NCBI GenBank assembly: GCA_041640635.1
Contig: JBEPZX010000007.1
Location: 11,798 to 75,797 of the forward strand
From: Aquificaceae bacterium
GTDB lineage: Bacteria; Aquificota; Aquificia; Aquificales; Aquificaceae
Direction of reading: 5' to 3'
Length of the DNA stretch: 64,000 bases
This document shows, piece by piece, positions 10,472-19,444 of the stretch. The notes under the pieces were generated by a model. The model was given only the letters and a program-made list of their open reading frames with translations, did not search any database and was not told the DNA's origin. Position 1 is the first letter of the stretch, and each line of letters starts with the position of its first letter. A program made the position numbers and the translations under genes.

Positions 10472-13279
10472 ATGGCATTTTGGAATAAACTACTATCTTT
10501 TAGCAAAAAAGAAAAACAATCCGCTCAGTTCATCATCAAAGCAGGCAATAAAGATTTAATGCTTTGGCTACTGCAAGAAATGGAGCCAAGCTTAGATGAG
10601 CGTATAGAAGAGTTTTGGATAGAAACTGTAGGCATATCTGACGATGGTTATTGGATATTAGTTGGAAGAAGACATGGTATCATTCAACTTTATGATTGGA
10701 AAGGACGCCTGCATAAGCTTCCATCAAGGCCCCCAGCTCAGGTTATTTCAGACGTGGTATTTAACAAACGATTTCTTGGACTTTTGACACCTCCATACTT
10801 GGTTGTTTACTTCATGGAAGACCCAAGAAAGCCAAACACATGGCGAAGCTTTAAGCTTTCTCAGGAAGGTATTAGACCTTCCGTAGGTTTAGACATAAAA
10901 GATGGAATCTTAGCTTTTGGTGTTGTGGGGGAACGCATATACACTATAGACCTAAATTCAGATTTAACATTGCAAACGGTAGATTTTAAAAGCACCTTTA
11001 GCTACAAGGACGCGGATATAGGGGAGCTCAAAACTTTAAAGATCCTCGACGCTTCGAGAATGTTTCTCTCTGGGACGAGGGGATGCGCCATATATAGCTT
11101 TTCGGGAAACCTTCAAAATGTGTTACCAATAGAAGCTATGAAAGCCGTATGCTTAAAAGGTGATAACCTTTACCTTGGCAATGGCAATCAACTTGTTATT
11201 TATAACCACCATCTTGGTACGGACCTTCAAAAAATAGAAACACCCATAAATATTTCCTACATTGATATAGATCCATCCGAAAGTTTTGCCTTCCTGGCGG
11301 ATGCCGAAAGTAACAGAATGGGAATAGTTGATCTTAAGAGTTCTAGTTTCTTAGAAACAATAGAAGGTTTCGGCAATTCCATTGTAAGAATTAGTCCTGA
11401 TGGAACTCTATACACGTCTTACTATATAGAAAACCAGGACATAAAGCTTTACTATCTTGCAAAACTCAATAGTAATTTAATAGACTTTTGGTATCCTAAA
11501 GATAGACAAAACCAAATTTTAAAAAATGCAAAAGAATTATACAAGAACTTACTAAAGAAACTCAAAGCCTCAAAAGATTTAAAAGATCTGGAAAATATAC
11601 AAGAATATCAAACCCTACTATCCATGGATCTACCCATAAGGGAGTTAAGAGAAATTATTGAGGAAACTCATAGTGCACTTGAGAACAGGCGACTAGAAAT
11701 ATTCATAGAATCCGTAAGAGAGAAAATAAATCAAGGTAATGTAACTAAAGAGGATTTAAGAGAGGTTGAAAATAAACTAAAGATTAAACCAATAAAAGAG
11801 CTTGAAGACTTAAAAGCAGATTTAATAAATTTCTTCGAAAAAAGTCTTGAAGAAAAGTTAAAAGACATGGAAAATATGCTATCAAACACACAAATATTAT
11901 CTTTCCAAGAAGCCGAAACCTTGCCTGAAATAAGAAAGTTACGCGAGTTTATAGCTTCTTTACCTAAAGAGATATACCAAAGAGGTCAGGAAAGATTGTC
12001 TAAGATCTTGAGTGAAAAACTAATAAAGTACAGATTTGAAAGATTCAAAATAACTCTGGACAAAGACAGAATTGTTTTTGGTGAGGTAGATTTTCCAAGA
12101 TTCTCTGGAGAGAGAAAGAAGCTAAAGTGGAGGATAAGAACGGAAGATAGAATGATCGTAGACAACAAAGAATATGTAAGGCTAGGTTTTGAAAGAGAAG
12201 ATGGCATAATACTAGAACCCAAAAGGTACCCTTCCATTCTAACCGTAGGAGATTTAAAACATACACCAAAATGGTTGAAGAGATACCTTAGACACTTAAA
12301 CAATCTCTACCCTTACCAGGTGTACAAAATGCCTATTATGGTTTCTTACGAGGAGACACCTTGGTTTGTTCAAAACTTGGAGAAGTTTGCTTATCTAATA
12401 AAAGAACAGCTAATTTACAGGGATGGGATAGTTATATTGGAAGGTGATGCCGGAGTAGGTAAAAATTTCTTAGTAGAAGTGTTTGCCATATTGACCAATA
12501 GACCTCTCTATATAATACCTTGCAACTCCAAAATGGAAAAAGAAGACCTTACATTTGTTTACGAGTTTGACCCTCAAAGAGGCACACGTAAAGTGTATTC
12601 CGATTTGGTAAAAGCTCTTCAGACACCAGGAGCAATAGTCTACTTTGATGAAATAAACACCTTACCAGCCTCCTTAGTAAAAATGTTTAATCCACTATTT
12701 GACTACCGAAGGTATCTAGTTCTATCTTCTGGGGAAGTTGTTAAGGCAGAAAAGGATGTAATTTTTGTAGGAGGTATGAATCCACAAAACTATCTTGGTG
12801 TTTCTGAACTTCCACAGGACATAAAATCAAGATCAGATATGCTATTTATAGATTATCCTCCCTTTGAAGACGAAGGAAATATATATCACACAGATGAAGC
12901 TCTTATATTGAGAGACTATGTACCCTCTTTGTCATCTCTGAGCAAAGAAGAGTTTGTTTATGTGTGGCACTACATAATAAACAATATACCTCTGGATATA
13001 CCAAGTAATCTTTTAACAGAAGATGTGAAATATTATGTGCATTTGCTTTTTGAACTCATATCTATAGCTAACGCTATAAGGAAGGCTTATAGATCATACC
13101 AGATGCAACAATCAGAAGAACCTGTAGAGTTTGTTTTTTCTATTAGAGATACTATTAGATGTGCACGGAGATTACAAAAGTATAAGAATAGTAAAAATGT
13201 TGTGTTAGATACAATACTGCCAAAGGTCAGTTCACCATTGGAAAAGGAAATAATTAAGTCTATAGTAGAAAGAGTATGA
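10472..13279 (+). CDS. Large multidomain protein: repetitive beta-rich N-terminus (possible beta-propeller), central coiled coil, and C-terminal MoxR-like AAA+ domain with a non-canonical Walker A (GDAGVGKN)
   Basis: 935 aa. The C-terminal region aligns by eye to MoxR/NorQ/CbbQ: VILEGDAGVGKN / IVYFDEINTLP / FVGGMNPQN / SRSD. The middle ~250 aa are heptad-rich and K/E/L-rich. The N-terminal ~340 aa show repeated G-x-I-Y-x-x-D-L-like beta-strand motifs. Confidence 0.6.
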   Translation: MAFWNKLLSFSKKEKQSAQFIIKAGNKDLMLWLLQEMEPSLDERIEEFWIETVGISDDGYWILVGRRHGIIQLYDWKGRLHKLPSRPPAQVISDVVFNKRFLGLLTPPYLVVYFMEDPRKPNTWRSFKLSQEGIRPSVGLDIKDGILAFGVVGERIYTIDLNSDLTLQTVDFKSTFSYKDADIGELKTLKILDASRMFLSGTRGCAIYSFSGNLQNVLPIEAMKAVCLKGDNLYLGNGNQLVIYNHHLGTDLQKIETPINISYIDIDPSESFAFLADAESNRMGIVDLKSSSFLETIEGFGNSIVRISPDGTLYTSYYIENQDIKLYYLAKLNSNLIDFWYPKDRQNQILKNAKELYKNLLKKLKASKDLKDLENIQEYQTLLSMDLPIRELREIIEETHSALENRRLEIFIESVREKINQGNVTKEDLREVENKLKIKPIKELEDLKADLINFFEKSLEEKLKDMENMLSNTQILSFQEAETLPEIRKLREFIASLPKEIYQRGQERLSKILSEKLIKYRFERFKITLDKDRIVFGEVDFPRFSGERKKLKWRIRTEDRMIVDNKEYVRLGFEREDGIILEPKRYPSILTVGDLKHTPKWLKRYLRHLNNLYPYQVYKMPIMVSYEETPWFVQNLEKFAYLIKEQLIYRDGIVILEGDAGVGKNFLVEVFAILTNRPLYIIPCNSKMEKEDLTFVYEFDPQRGTRKVYSDLVKALQTPGAIVYFDEINTLPASLVKMFNPLFDYRRYLVLSSGEVVKAEKDVIFVGGMNPQNYLGVSELPQDIKSRSDMLFIDYPPFEDEGNIYHTDEALILRDYVPSLSSLSKEEFVYVWHYIINNIPLDIPSNLLTEDVKYYVHLLFELISIANAIRKAYRSYQMQQSEEPVEFVFSIRDTIRCARRLQKYKNSKNVVLDTILPKVSSPLEKEIIKSIVERV

Positions 13280-13294
13280 TTTAATATTTAGTTA

Positions 13295-14653
13295 ATGGGA
13301 AAAACGCTCCTTATTATCAGTTGCAGTGATTTGTTGATTTCCTTCCTATTTTATGGTTTGGATCTCATAAAATTGAGAGTGGACAGGAAAAACATGCTTA
13401 AGCTACCTGGAGCAATCTTTAAAGGAAAGGTAAAGCGGTTGGCAAAAGGTATGGGAGGAGTATTTGTAGATATAGGACTAGAAAAAGACGCTTACCTTCA
13501 AATAAAAGGAGGTTCACTTCCTAAAGTAGGGGAAAGCGTTATTGTTCAAGTAGCCAGAGAACCTATTGGGGATAAGGGAGCCAAACTTTCAGATCACATT
13601 AAGTTAATTGGTAAATACATGGTTTATATACCTCAATGTTACGATATAAAATGCTCTTCTAAAATAGAAAAAGACATCAAAGACAAGCTCATAGAAATGA
13701 TAAGACCTTATATAACAGAAGGAGGTACTATTCTTAGAACGGTATCTGCATCTGCTACAGAGGATGAACTTATAAAAGACATTAACAACCTAGTAAAAGT
13801 TTGGGGAAATATAAAGGAGCTATACCAAAAGAAAAGTGGTATTGGTCTACTTAAACAAGGTTTTAGTGAGTACTTGGATATAATAACTAATCATTGGCAT
13901 GAAATTGATGCTATAGTTGTGGATGACATAGATATATGGAACGAAATAAATACATATCTTGAATCTTTTCATCCACAATTGATGGAAAAAGTAATATATG
14001 CAAAAGACACTGTTACATACATAAAAAGATACGATATACACAATCACATAAATAAAGTGTTAGGTAAGCATGTATGGCTAAGAGGAGGAGGTTATTTGGT
14101 AATAGAAGAAACAGAAGCCCTTACGGTAATAGATGTAAACAGCGGTGAACCTTGTGGGGAGTCTCAGGAAGAAAATGCCGTTGAAACTAATATAGAAGCA
14201 GCCAAAGAAGTGGCTAAACAAATCGTTCTTAGGGATTTAGGTGGTATAATCATTGTGGATTTTATAGACATGAAAAAACAAGAAAACAAAGAGAAAGTTT
14301 TAAAGGTGTTTCAGGAATCCCTCGGAAGTGAATCTTGCAATGTTCATATTTATGGATTTACAAAGTTGGGACTTCTAGAATTGGTAAGGCGTAGAAGTTC
14401 CAAAAGCACGCCTAGAAAACTTTCAAAAACATGCCCATACTGTAAGGGCAAGGGTAGGCTAAAAAGTGAAGAACTTCTGCTTCTCGAACTTGAAAGCGAT
14501 TTAAAAACCATCAGAGCTCGTAAATTAGAAATAGATGTGAACCCACAGCTAGTGAAGTTCGTAAAAGCGTATGTAAAAAAGCTAAGTTTGGAAAATGTAG
14601 AAGTCAAATCAAGAGAAGATATAGAGGTAGGTAAGTATGAGATACACTATTAA
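13295..14653 (+). CDS. rng: Ribonuclease G (RNase E/G family)
   Basis: 452 aa. S1 domain (IFKGKVKRLAKGMGGVFVDIGLEKDAYL) and catalytic DNase-I-like region with VIDVNSGE. Confidence 0.85.
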   Translation: MGKTLLIISCSDLLISFLFYGLDLIKLRVDRKNMLKLPGAIFKGKVKRLAKGMGGVFVDIGLEKDAYLQIKGGSLPKVGESVIVQVAREPIGDKGAKLSDHIKLIGKYMVYIPQCYDIKCSSKIEKDIKDKLIEMIRPYITEGGTILRTVSASATEDELIKDINNLVKVWGNIKELYQKKSGIGLLKQGFSEYLDIITNHWHEIDAIVVDDIDIWNEINTYLESFHPQLMEKVIYAKDTVTYIKRYDIHNHINKVLGKHVWLRGGGYLVIEETEALTVIDVNSGEPCGESQEENAVETNIEAAKEVAKQIVLRDLGGIIIVDFIDMKKQENKEKVLKVFQESLGSESCNVHIYGFTKLGLLELVRRRSSKSTPRKLSKTCPYCKGKGRLKSEELLLLELESDLKTIRARKLEIDVNPQLVKFVKAYVKKLSLENVEVKSREDIEVGKYEIHY

Positions 14654-15536
14654 GCTTAGTATATTACTTTTAGTGTTCTTAATTGGTTGTGCTAAGGTTA
14701 CAGAAGAAAAGAGGGCTAAACTTGCTCAAGAGCTGTATACTGAAGGTATGTCGGCTTATACCAATAGAGACTACAAAAAATCCGCCGAACGATTAAAAGA
14801 ATCCCTAAAGTATATGGAAAACTTAACACCTGAACAAATAAAGGAAGCAAAATACGCTATAGCTGAGAGTTATTACCTAAGAAAGGACTATATAAATGCC
14901 GCCGTATATCTTGAAGACTTTATAGGTTCATACCCCGAATCTATGGAAACAGAAAGAGCATACTTTATGTTGGTTGATAGCTATATGAAAGTAGCACCTG
15001 ATGCTTACAGAGATCAAACCTATACATTAAAGGCTATAGAAAGAGCGAAGGACTTTATCACTAGGTATCCAGAAAGCTCTTACACGGATAGAGTAATAGA
15101 ATTAATAGATAAAGCTAATACAAAGATAGCCCAGCATGAATACTTAATAGCAAGATTTTACGAAGACTTTGGCTATTACTACTCAGCTTCTTCTAGATAT
15201 AGGGATATTATGCTCAATTATCAAGGTCAAATATCCGATGTCGATATATCGTACAGATACATAAAATCTTTGCTTCTCACAAAGAAACAGGCAAAAAGGC
15301 AGCAAGATAAATACACAAAGTGGGTAAAAGAAGCCGAAAATGCTCTAAAGAAGGCTAAGAGTCAAGATGAAAAAGAAGCTATAATAAAGAGAATAGAATT
15401 CTTTAAATCAGAAATTGATAGATGGGGGAAAATAGCTGAGGATAGTTACAGGAAGGGTTTAGATGCGTTGGAAAAGTATAGGCAGTTATATGGAGAGAAC
15501 AACTACTACAAAGAATTACAAAGATATGCAAAATAG
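14637..15536 (+). CDS. TPR-like outer-membrane lipoprotein, BamD (YfiO)-like
   Basis: 299 aa. Signal peptide with lipobox LIGC|A; TPR-like helical repeats. Sits in an operon with rsfS and a lapB-like gene. Confidence 0.5.
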   Translation: MRYTIKLSILLLVFLIGCAKVTEEKRAKLAQELYTEGMSAYTNRDYKKSAERLKESLKYMENLTPEQIKEAKYAIAESYYLRKDYINAAVYLEDFIGSYPESMETERAYFMLVDSYMKVAPDAYRDQTYTLKAIERAKDFITRYPESSYTDRVIELIDKANTKIAQHEYLIARFYEDFGYYYSASSRYRDIMLNYQGQISDVDISYRYIKSLLLTKKQAKRQQDKYTKWVKEAENALKKAKSQDEKEAIIKRIEFFKSEIDRWGKIAEDSYRKGLDALEKYRQLYGENNYYKELQRYAK

Positions 15537-15537
15537 T

Positions 15538-15870
15538 ATGAATGAAAAGCTTAGTTTGATAAAAAAATTGCTCGAAGACAAAAAAGCTGAGAATATAGTT
15601 GTGTTGGATGTTTCTAAATACACCAATATAGCTGATTACTTTGTTATATCTACTGCAACATCACCTATACACGCTCGAGCTTTGGCAGATTATTTAAGGG
15701 ATGAACTCGAAAAACACGGATATCTGGTAGACCATACAGAAGGTTTTGATAGCGCCAATTGGATTCTCGTAGATCTTGTAGATGTGATTGTTCATATTTT
15801 CCAAGAAGATTATCGTAATTATTACGATCTGGAATGGCTTTACTCTGGAGCACAGAGGATAGAATTATGA
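15538..15870 (+). CDS. rsfS: Ribosomal silencing factor RsfS (Iojap)
   Basis: NIVVLDVSKYTNIADYFVISTATSPIHARALADYLRDEL...WILVDLVDVIVHIF is an Iojap/RsfS signature. Start taken at MNEKLS, directly after the bamD-like stop. Confidence 0.85.
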   Translation: MNEKLSLIKKLLEDKKAENIVVLDVSKYTNIADYFVISTATSPIHARALADYLRDELEKHGYLVDHTEGFDSANWILVDLVDVIVHIFQEDYRNYYDLEWLYSGAQRIEL

Positions 15871-17012
15871 GATTAATAAAAGTTATTTTATTGGTGGCTT
15901 TAATTCTTTTCTTTTCCCTTTTTGTAACTCAAAATTACTCAATGATAAGTCTTCAGTTGCTCAGCTTTACATTTACATTACCTGCCTTTTTGTTGGTATT
16001 GATTTCACTATTTATTGGATTCATAATACCTAGCTTTTATTTTTCCGTAAAGCTTATTTCCAAAACGAAGAAATTAAATCAAATAAGTAAAGCACTAAGA
16101 TACTTTTACAAAGGTTATCCTTCAGTAGCTTTACACGTATCTGAACAATTAGCAAAGATTTGGGAACCTGCAGGCGTTATCTATATAGAATCTAACTTTG
16201 CTACCAAGAATTATTCAACAAGCTTAAACAAACTGGAGAGAAGTGAGGGTTTAGTTGAAGGTTATCTTGGAAGCCAGTTATTAAAAATTGGTCATATTCA
16301 ATTAGCAAAAGAATACTTAATATCGGCAATAAACAAGGACGAAAATAACTTAACGGCACTAAAAGCGTATAGGGACCTATGTTATATAGAGTCCAATATG
16401 GACGAATGTATAAAGTATCAAGAAAAAATACTTAATAAATGCGAAAGGTGGGAAAAAGAGGAACAAAAATCTATACTGGCTGAATTGCTATGTATATACG
16501 CGGAATCAATGAGTGACCTAAACGAGAAAGAACAGCTTTTAGAAAAAGCTTACGATACTTACAAAACTCCTTTTACGTATTATCATTATTTAGCTTATCT
16601 GCTAGAAATAGATAATTTAAAGAATGCGAGAAAGGTTATAGATAAAGTATTTAAAGAAGGTATTCAAGATGAGGTCCTTTTAATGGCGTCTAATAAAGAA
16701 ATTCTCTTAACTAAACTTTTGGATACTATAGAGCAATACAGAGATGTAATAAATCTAGAAGTATTGGCAAGAATTTACATAAAGTTGAATATGATAAGTA
16801 AACTACAACAAATAGAATCGAATTTGAAAGAACCATTACAAACCATAGTTAAAATGCATATAAATCACTCGAAAGAAGCCAAAACTTGCAAGGATACTCT
16901 CTTAGAACTTTACAAGCCTTGGGAATGTGTATGTGGTATAAATTATAATTTGTATATGCCCCTTTGCAAGAATTGCTATAGATGGAGGGAGATTAAATTG
17001 AGGAGGTCATAA
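15867..17012 (+). CDS. LapB (YciM)-like TPR membrane protein with C-terminal rubredoxin-like zinc ribbon; N-terminus has two TM helices (LapA-like)
   Basis: ATGA overlap with rsfS. N-terminal hydrophobic segments, TPR-like middle, and C-terminal CVCG-x9-CKNCYRW resembling the LapB CxxC...CPxCRAW metal site. Confidence 0.55.
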   Translation: MRLIKVILLVALILFFSLFVTQNYSMISLQLLSFTFTLPAFLLVLISLFIGFIIPSFYFSVKLISKTKKLNQISKALRYFYKGYPSVALHVSEQLAKIWEPAGVIYIESNFATKNYSTSLNKLERSEGLVEGYLGSQLLKIGHIQLAKEYLISAINKDENNLTALKAYRDLCYIESNMDECIKYQEKILNKCERWEKEEQKSILAELLCIYAESMSDLNEKEQLLEKAYDTYKTPFTYYHYLAYLLEIDNLKNARKVIDKVFKEGIQDEVLLMASNKEILLTKLLDTIEQYRDVINLEVLARIYIKLNMISKLQQIESNLKEPLQTIVKMHINHSKEAKTCKDTLLELYKPWECVCGINYNLYMPLCKNCYRWREIKLRRS

Positions 17013-17013
17013 A

Positions 17014-17583
17014 ATGATTGTAGACGCAAGTAATAAACTTATAAGATTGAAAGTTGTATACTATGGCCCAGCTATGTCAGGGAAAACCACAAATTTGGAA
17101 TACTTAGCAAAAAAAGAAGGTATGGATATGTTAAAGATAGACACAGCTGGGGATAGAACATTGGTATTCGATTTTGCGTATAAGAAGGTTCACCTAGATA
17201 GCTTTACAGTTTCTTTCGCTTTTTATACAGTTCCCGGGCAAGAAATTTACAAAGATATAAGGTTGACTGTTTTAAAGGGTGTAGATGCTATTGTTATGGT
17301 ATATGATGCACAAAGAGAAAGACTAGATGAAAATATACGTTTTAAGCATTTGGCAATCTCGGACATTAAAAAGGTAGGAAAAACTATAGAATCCATACCT
17401 GTAGTTTTTCAGTACAACAAAATGGATCTACCAAATGCGTTAGATTTTGAATCTTTAGAAGAAGAACTTAACCAAGAGGGTTATCAATCTATATGTGCAT
17501 CGGCTATAAAAGGTGAAGGGGTTTTAGAAACAGCGTCCTTGATTACAGAAATGCTAATATCTAAATTGTCAAAATTGGTGTAA
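17014..17583 (+). CDS. mglA: MglA-family Ras-like small GTPase
   Basis: 189 aa. Near-collinear match to Myxococcus MglA: KVVYYGPAMSGKTTNLEYL, DRTLVFDF, YTVPGQ, LKGVDAIV, QYNKMDLPNA, SAIKGEGV. Confidence 0.85.
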   Translation: MIVDASNKLIRLKVVYYGPAMSGKTTNLEYLAKKEGMDMLKIDTAGDRTLVFDFAYKKVHLDSFTVSFAFYTVPGQEIYKDIRLTVLKGVDAIVMVYDAQRERLDENIRFKHLAISDIKKVGKTIESIPVVFQYNKMDLPNALDFESLEEELNQEGYQSICASAIKGEGVLETASLITEMLISKLSKLV

Positions 17584-17587
17584 AACT

Positions 17588-19012
17588 ATGTTATCTGGAT
17601 ATACAAAGAGTCAGCAAGAGCTCATAGATATAGTAAATGGATGTCTCCTCAACAAAGTGGGTGTTCTGGATCTTTTTTCTATGAGAACTTCTTTATCTAT
17701 TTATATAGAGCATGGATACGTCTTAGGTTTTTTTGTAGAAGGCATGAGAGACTTACAAGATCAGACTATAAATAGCGAAGCTTTGTTATTTTTCTACATG
17801 GCAGATTTTCTAAATTCACCTTCTGCATTCTTTAGTTTCAGAGATAGAGTAAAAAGTGATATATTCGTATATTTAAGTAGACAAATCCATGTAGAAGAGC
17901 TCATATTACAAGCTCAATTAGCTTCGTCAGAACTCATCTCTCTTCTTGAAAGAATCATTACACCTTATGCCGTCTTAAAGGCTCAGCAGCCATTTTCTGA
18001 AATGAACTTTTTCGATGGAAAAAGTGTTTATGAAATAATTGCAACTTCAAAAGACAGCTTTATAGATACAATAAGAAAACTAAAGTCCCTAATTTCCAAA
18101 GGATTCTTAGATATACATCAATTTTATCACCCTGCAAATGAAAAAAGTGAGCCTCACGTTAGCGTAATAATGCAGGGGGTAGAAGCTAACAAAATAAAGC
18201 TCATATCAATAATGGAAAACTTAGTGCTTGGTAGATTTTCAGGTTTCCTAAGGATAAACATTCATGGAGATTCTGTATATATCTATTATATCAAGGGCAA
18301 ACCCATAGCTTTACATCCTATTAACTATCCAATTTTTGATTTTTTAATTGATGTAAAAGGAGATGCAAAAGTAAGCGCAGTTGAATTAGACGATAGGACT
18401 ACAAAGTTGCTTATATTGAGGCACTTTGGTAATAGGGTTATTTCAGGTATTACGGATAATTTCTTGGAGTTGGGTAAAATACTAATGGGCATTAATATAG
18501 AGAGCAAAAGCGGTATAATTGTTATAAGATCCTCAGGGAACGAAAATTATATACTATACGAAGGTGGAAGGGTTTTAACATTTCTTAAGAAGGGTGAGGA
18601 GGGTATTATAGAAATAATCTCAGATTTGGACATAAAGCACCCATATTGGATAGATGTTATCTTTTTTGACAGTGTGGAAAACATGGATAAAGTCGTTTAC
18701 CTTTCTTTAATAAATATAACTTACGGTATCCTTCTAAGAAGTGGAAATGAGCATATTATAAATAGCGTAAAAAATTATATCGCAGGGTCAGAAAATTTTA
18801 AGTATGAGGAAGGACAAATAAAGTATAGAGGCTTACCTCAAAATACGGACGATGTTGTCGCTTTTCTTTCATTCTTACTGGATATGAGTTATAGGATCTT
18901 AGGTGAGAAAAATCTCGAGGAGGAACTTCACCAATCTTTACAGCCTTACAAAGATGTATTTAATGTTTTAGGCGTTCAAGACTATACAAAATCATTTGTG
19001 GAAGGGTACTAA
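17588..19012 (+). CDS. Hypothetical 474-aa protein with three internal repeats of a DUF4388/PATAN-like module; putative MglA partner
   Basis: Starts 4 nt after the mglA stop. Three repeats fit the pattern h..h..G.L.h..G..hYIYh.G.hh: LDLFSM..LSIYIEHGYVLGFFVEG, LISIMENLVLGRFSGFLRINIHGDSVYIYYIKGKPIA and LGKILMGINIESKSGIIVIRSSGNENYILYEGGRVL. Confidence 0.4.
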   Translation: MLSGYTKSQQELIDIVNGCLLNKVGVLDLFSMRTSLSIYIEHGYVLGFFVEGMRDLQDQTINSEALLFFYMADFLNSPSAFFSFRDRVKSDIFVYLSRQIHVEELILQAQLASSELISLLERIITPYAVLKAQQPFSEMNFFDGKSVYEIIATSKDSFIDTIRKLKSLISKGFLDIHQFYHPANEKSEPHVSVIMQGVEANKIKLISIMENLVLGRFSGFLRINIHGDSVYIYYIKGKPIALHPINYPIFDFLIDVKGDAKVSAVELDDRTTKLLILRHFGNRVISGITDNFLELGKILMGINIESKSGIIVIRSSGNENYILYEGGRVLTFLKKGEEGIIEIISDLDIKHPYWIDVIFFDSVENMDKVVYLSLINITYGILLRSGNEHIINSVKNYIAGSENFKYEEGQIKYRGLPQNTDDVVAFLSFLLDMSYRILGEKNLEEELHQSLQPYKDVFNVLGVQDYTKSFVEGY

Positions 19013-19030
19013 CTTTTTAACAAATTTCTC

Positions 19031-19444
19031 TTATAAACCTATTATTTTTATGATAGCCTTCTTGTTTCTGCATCCATCAAACTCTACATAAAAAACTTCC
19101 TGCCATGGTCCCAAATCTAAACTTCCCTTTGTTATTGGTAGTATTACCTGAAGGTGAGCTATTAGGTTTTTTAGATGTGCATCAGCGTTATCTTCACCCG
19201 TTTTATGATGATTGTAGTCTTCCTTAAAAGGTGCTATATGTTCTAACCATTCCCATATATCTTTGTGGAGACCTTCTTCATCGTCTTGAACTATTACAGA
19301 AGCTGTGAGATGCATAGAAGAAACCAGGCACAAACCTTCCTTTATACCTGATTCCTGCACTGCCTTTCTTACCTGGTCGGTAATTCTAATTATGTCTTTC
19401 CTCTTTTCCGTTTTAAAAGTTAGATACTTGGTATAAGATTTCAT
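19031..19444 (-). CDS. yjbQ: YjbQ/UPF0047 family protein (secondary thiamine-phosphate synthase-like)
   Basis: 137 aa, ITDQV...[14 protein letters not shown]...[12 protein letters not shown] is a UPF0047 signature. Confidence 0.8.
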   Translation of the reverse strand: MKSYTKYLTFKTEKRKDIIRITDQVRKAVQESGIKEGLCLVSSMHLTASVIVQDDEEGLHKDIWEWLEHIAPFKEDYNHHKTGEDNADAHLKNLIAHLQVILPITKGSLDLGPWQEVFYVEFDGCRNKKAIIKIIGL

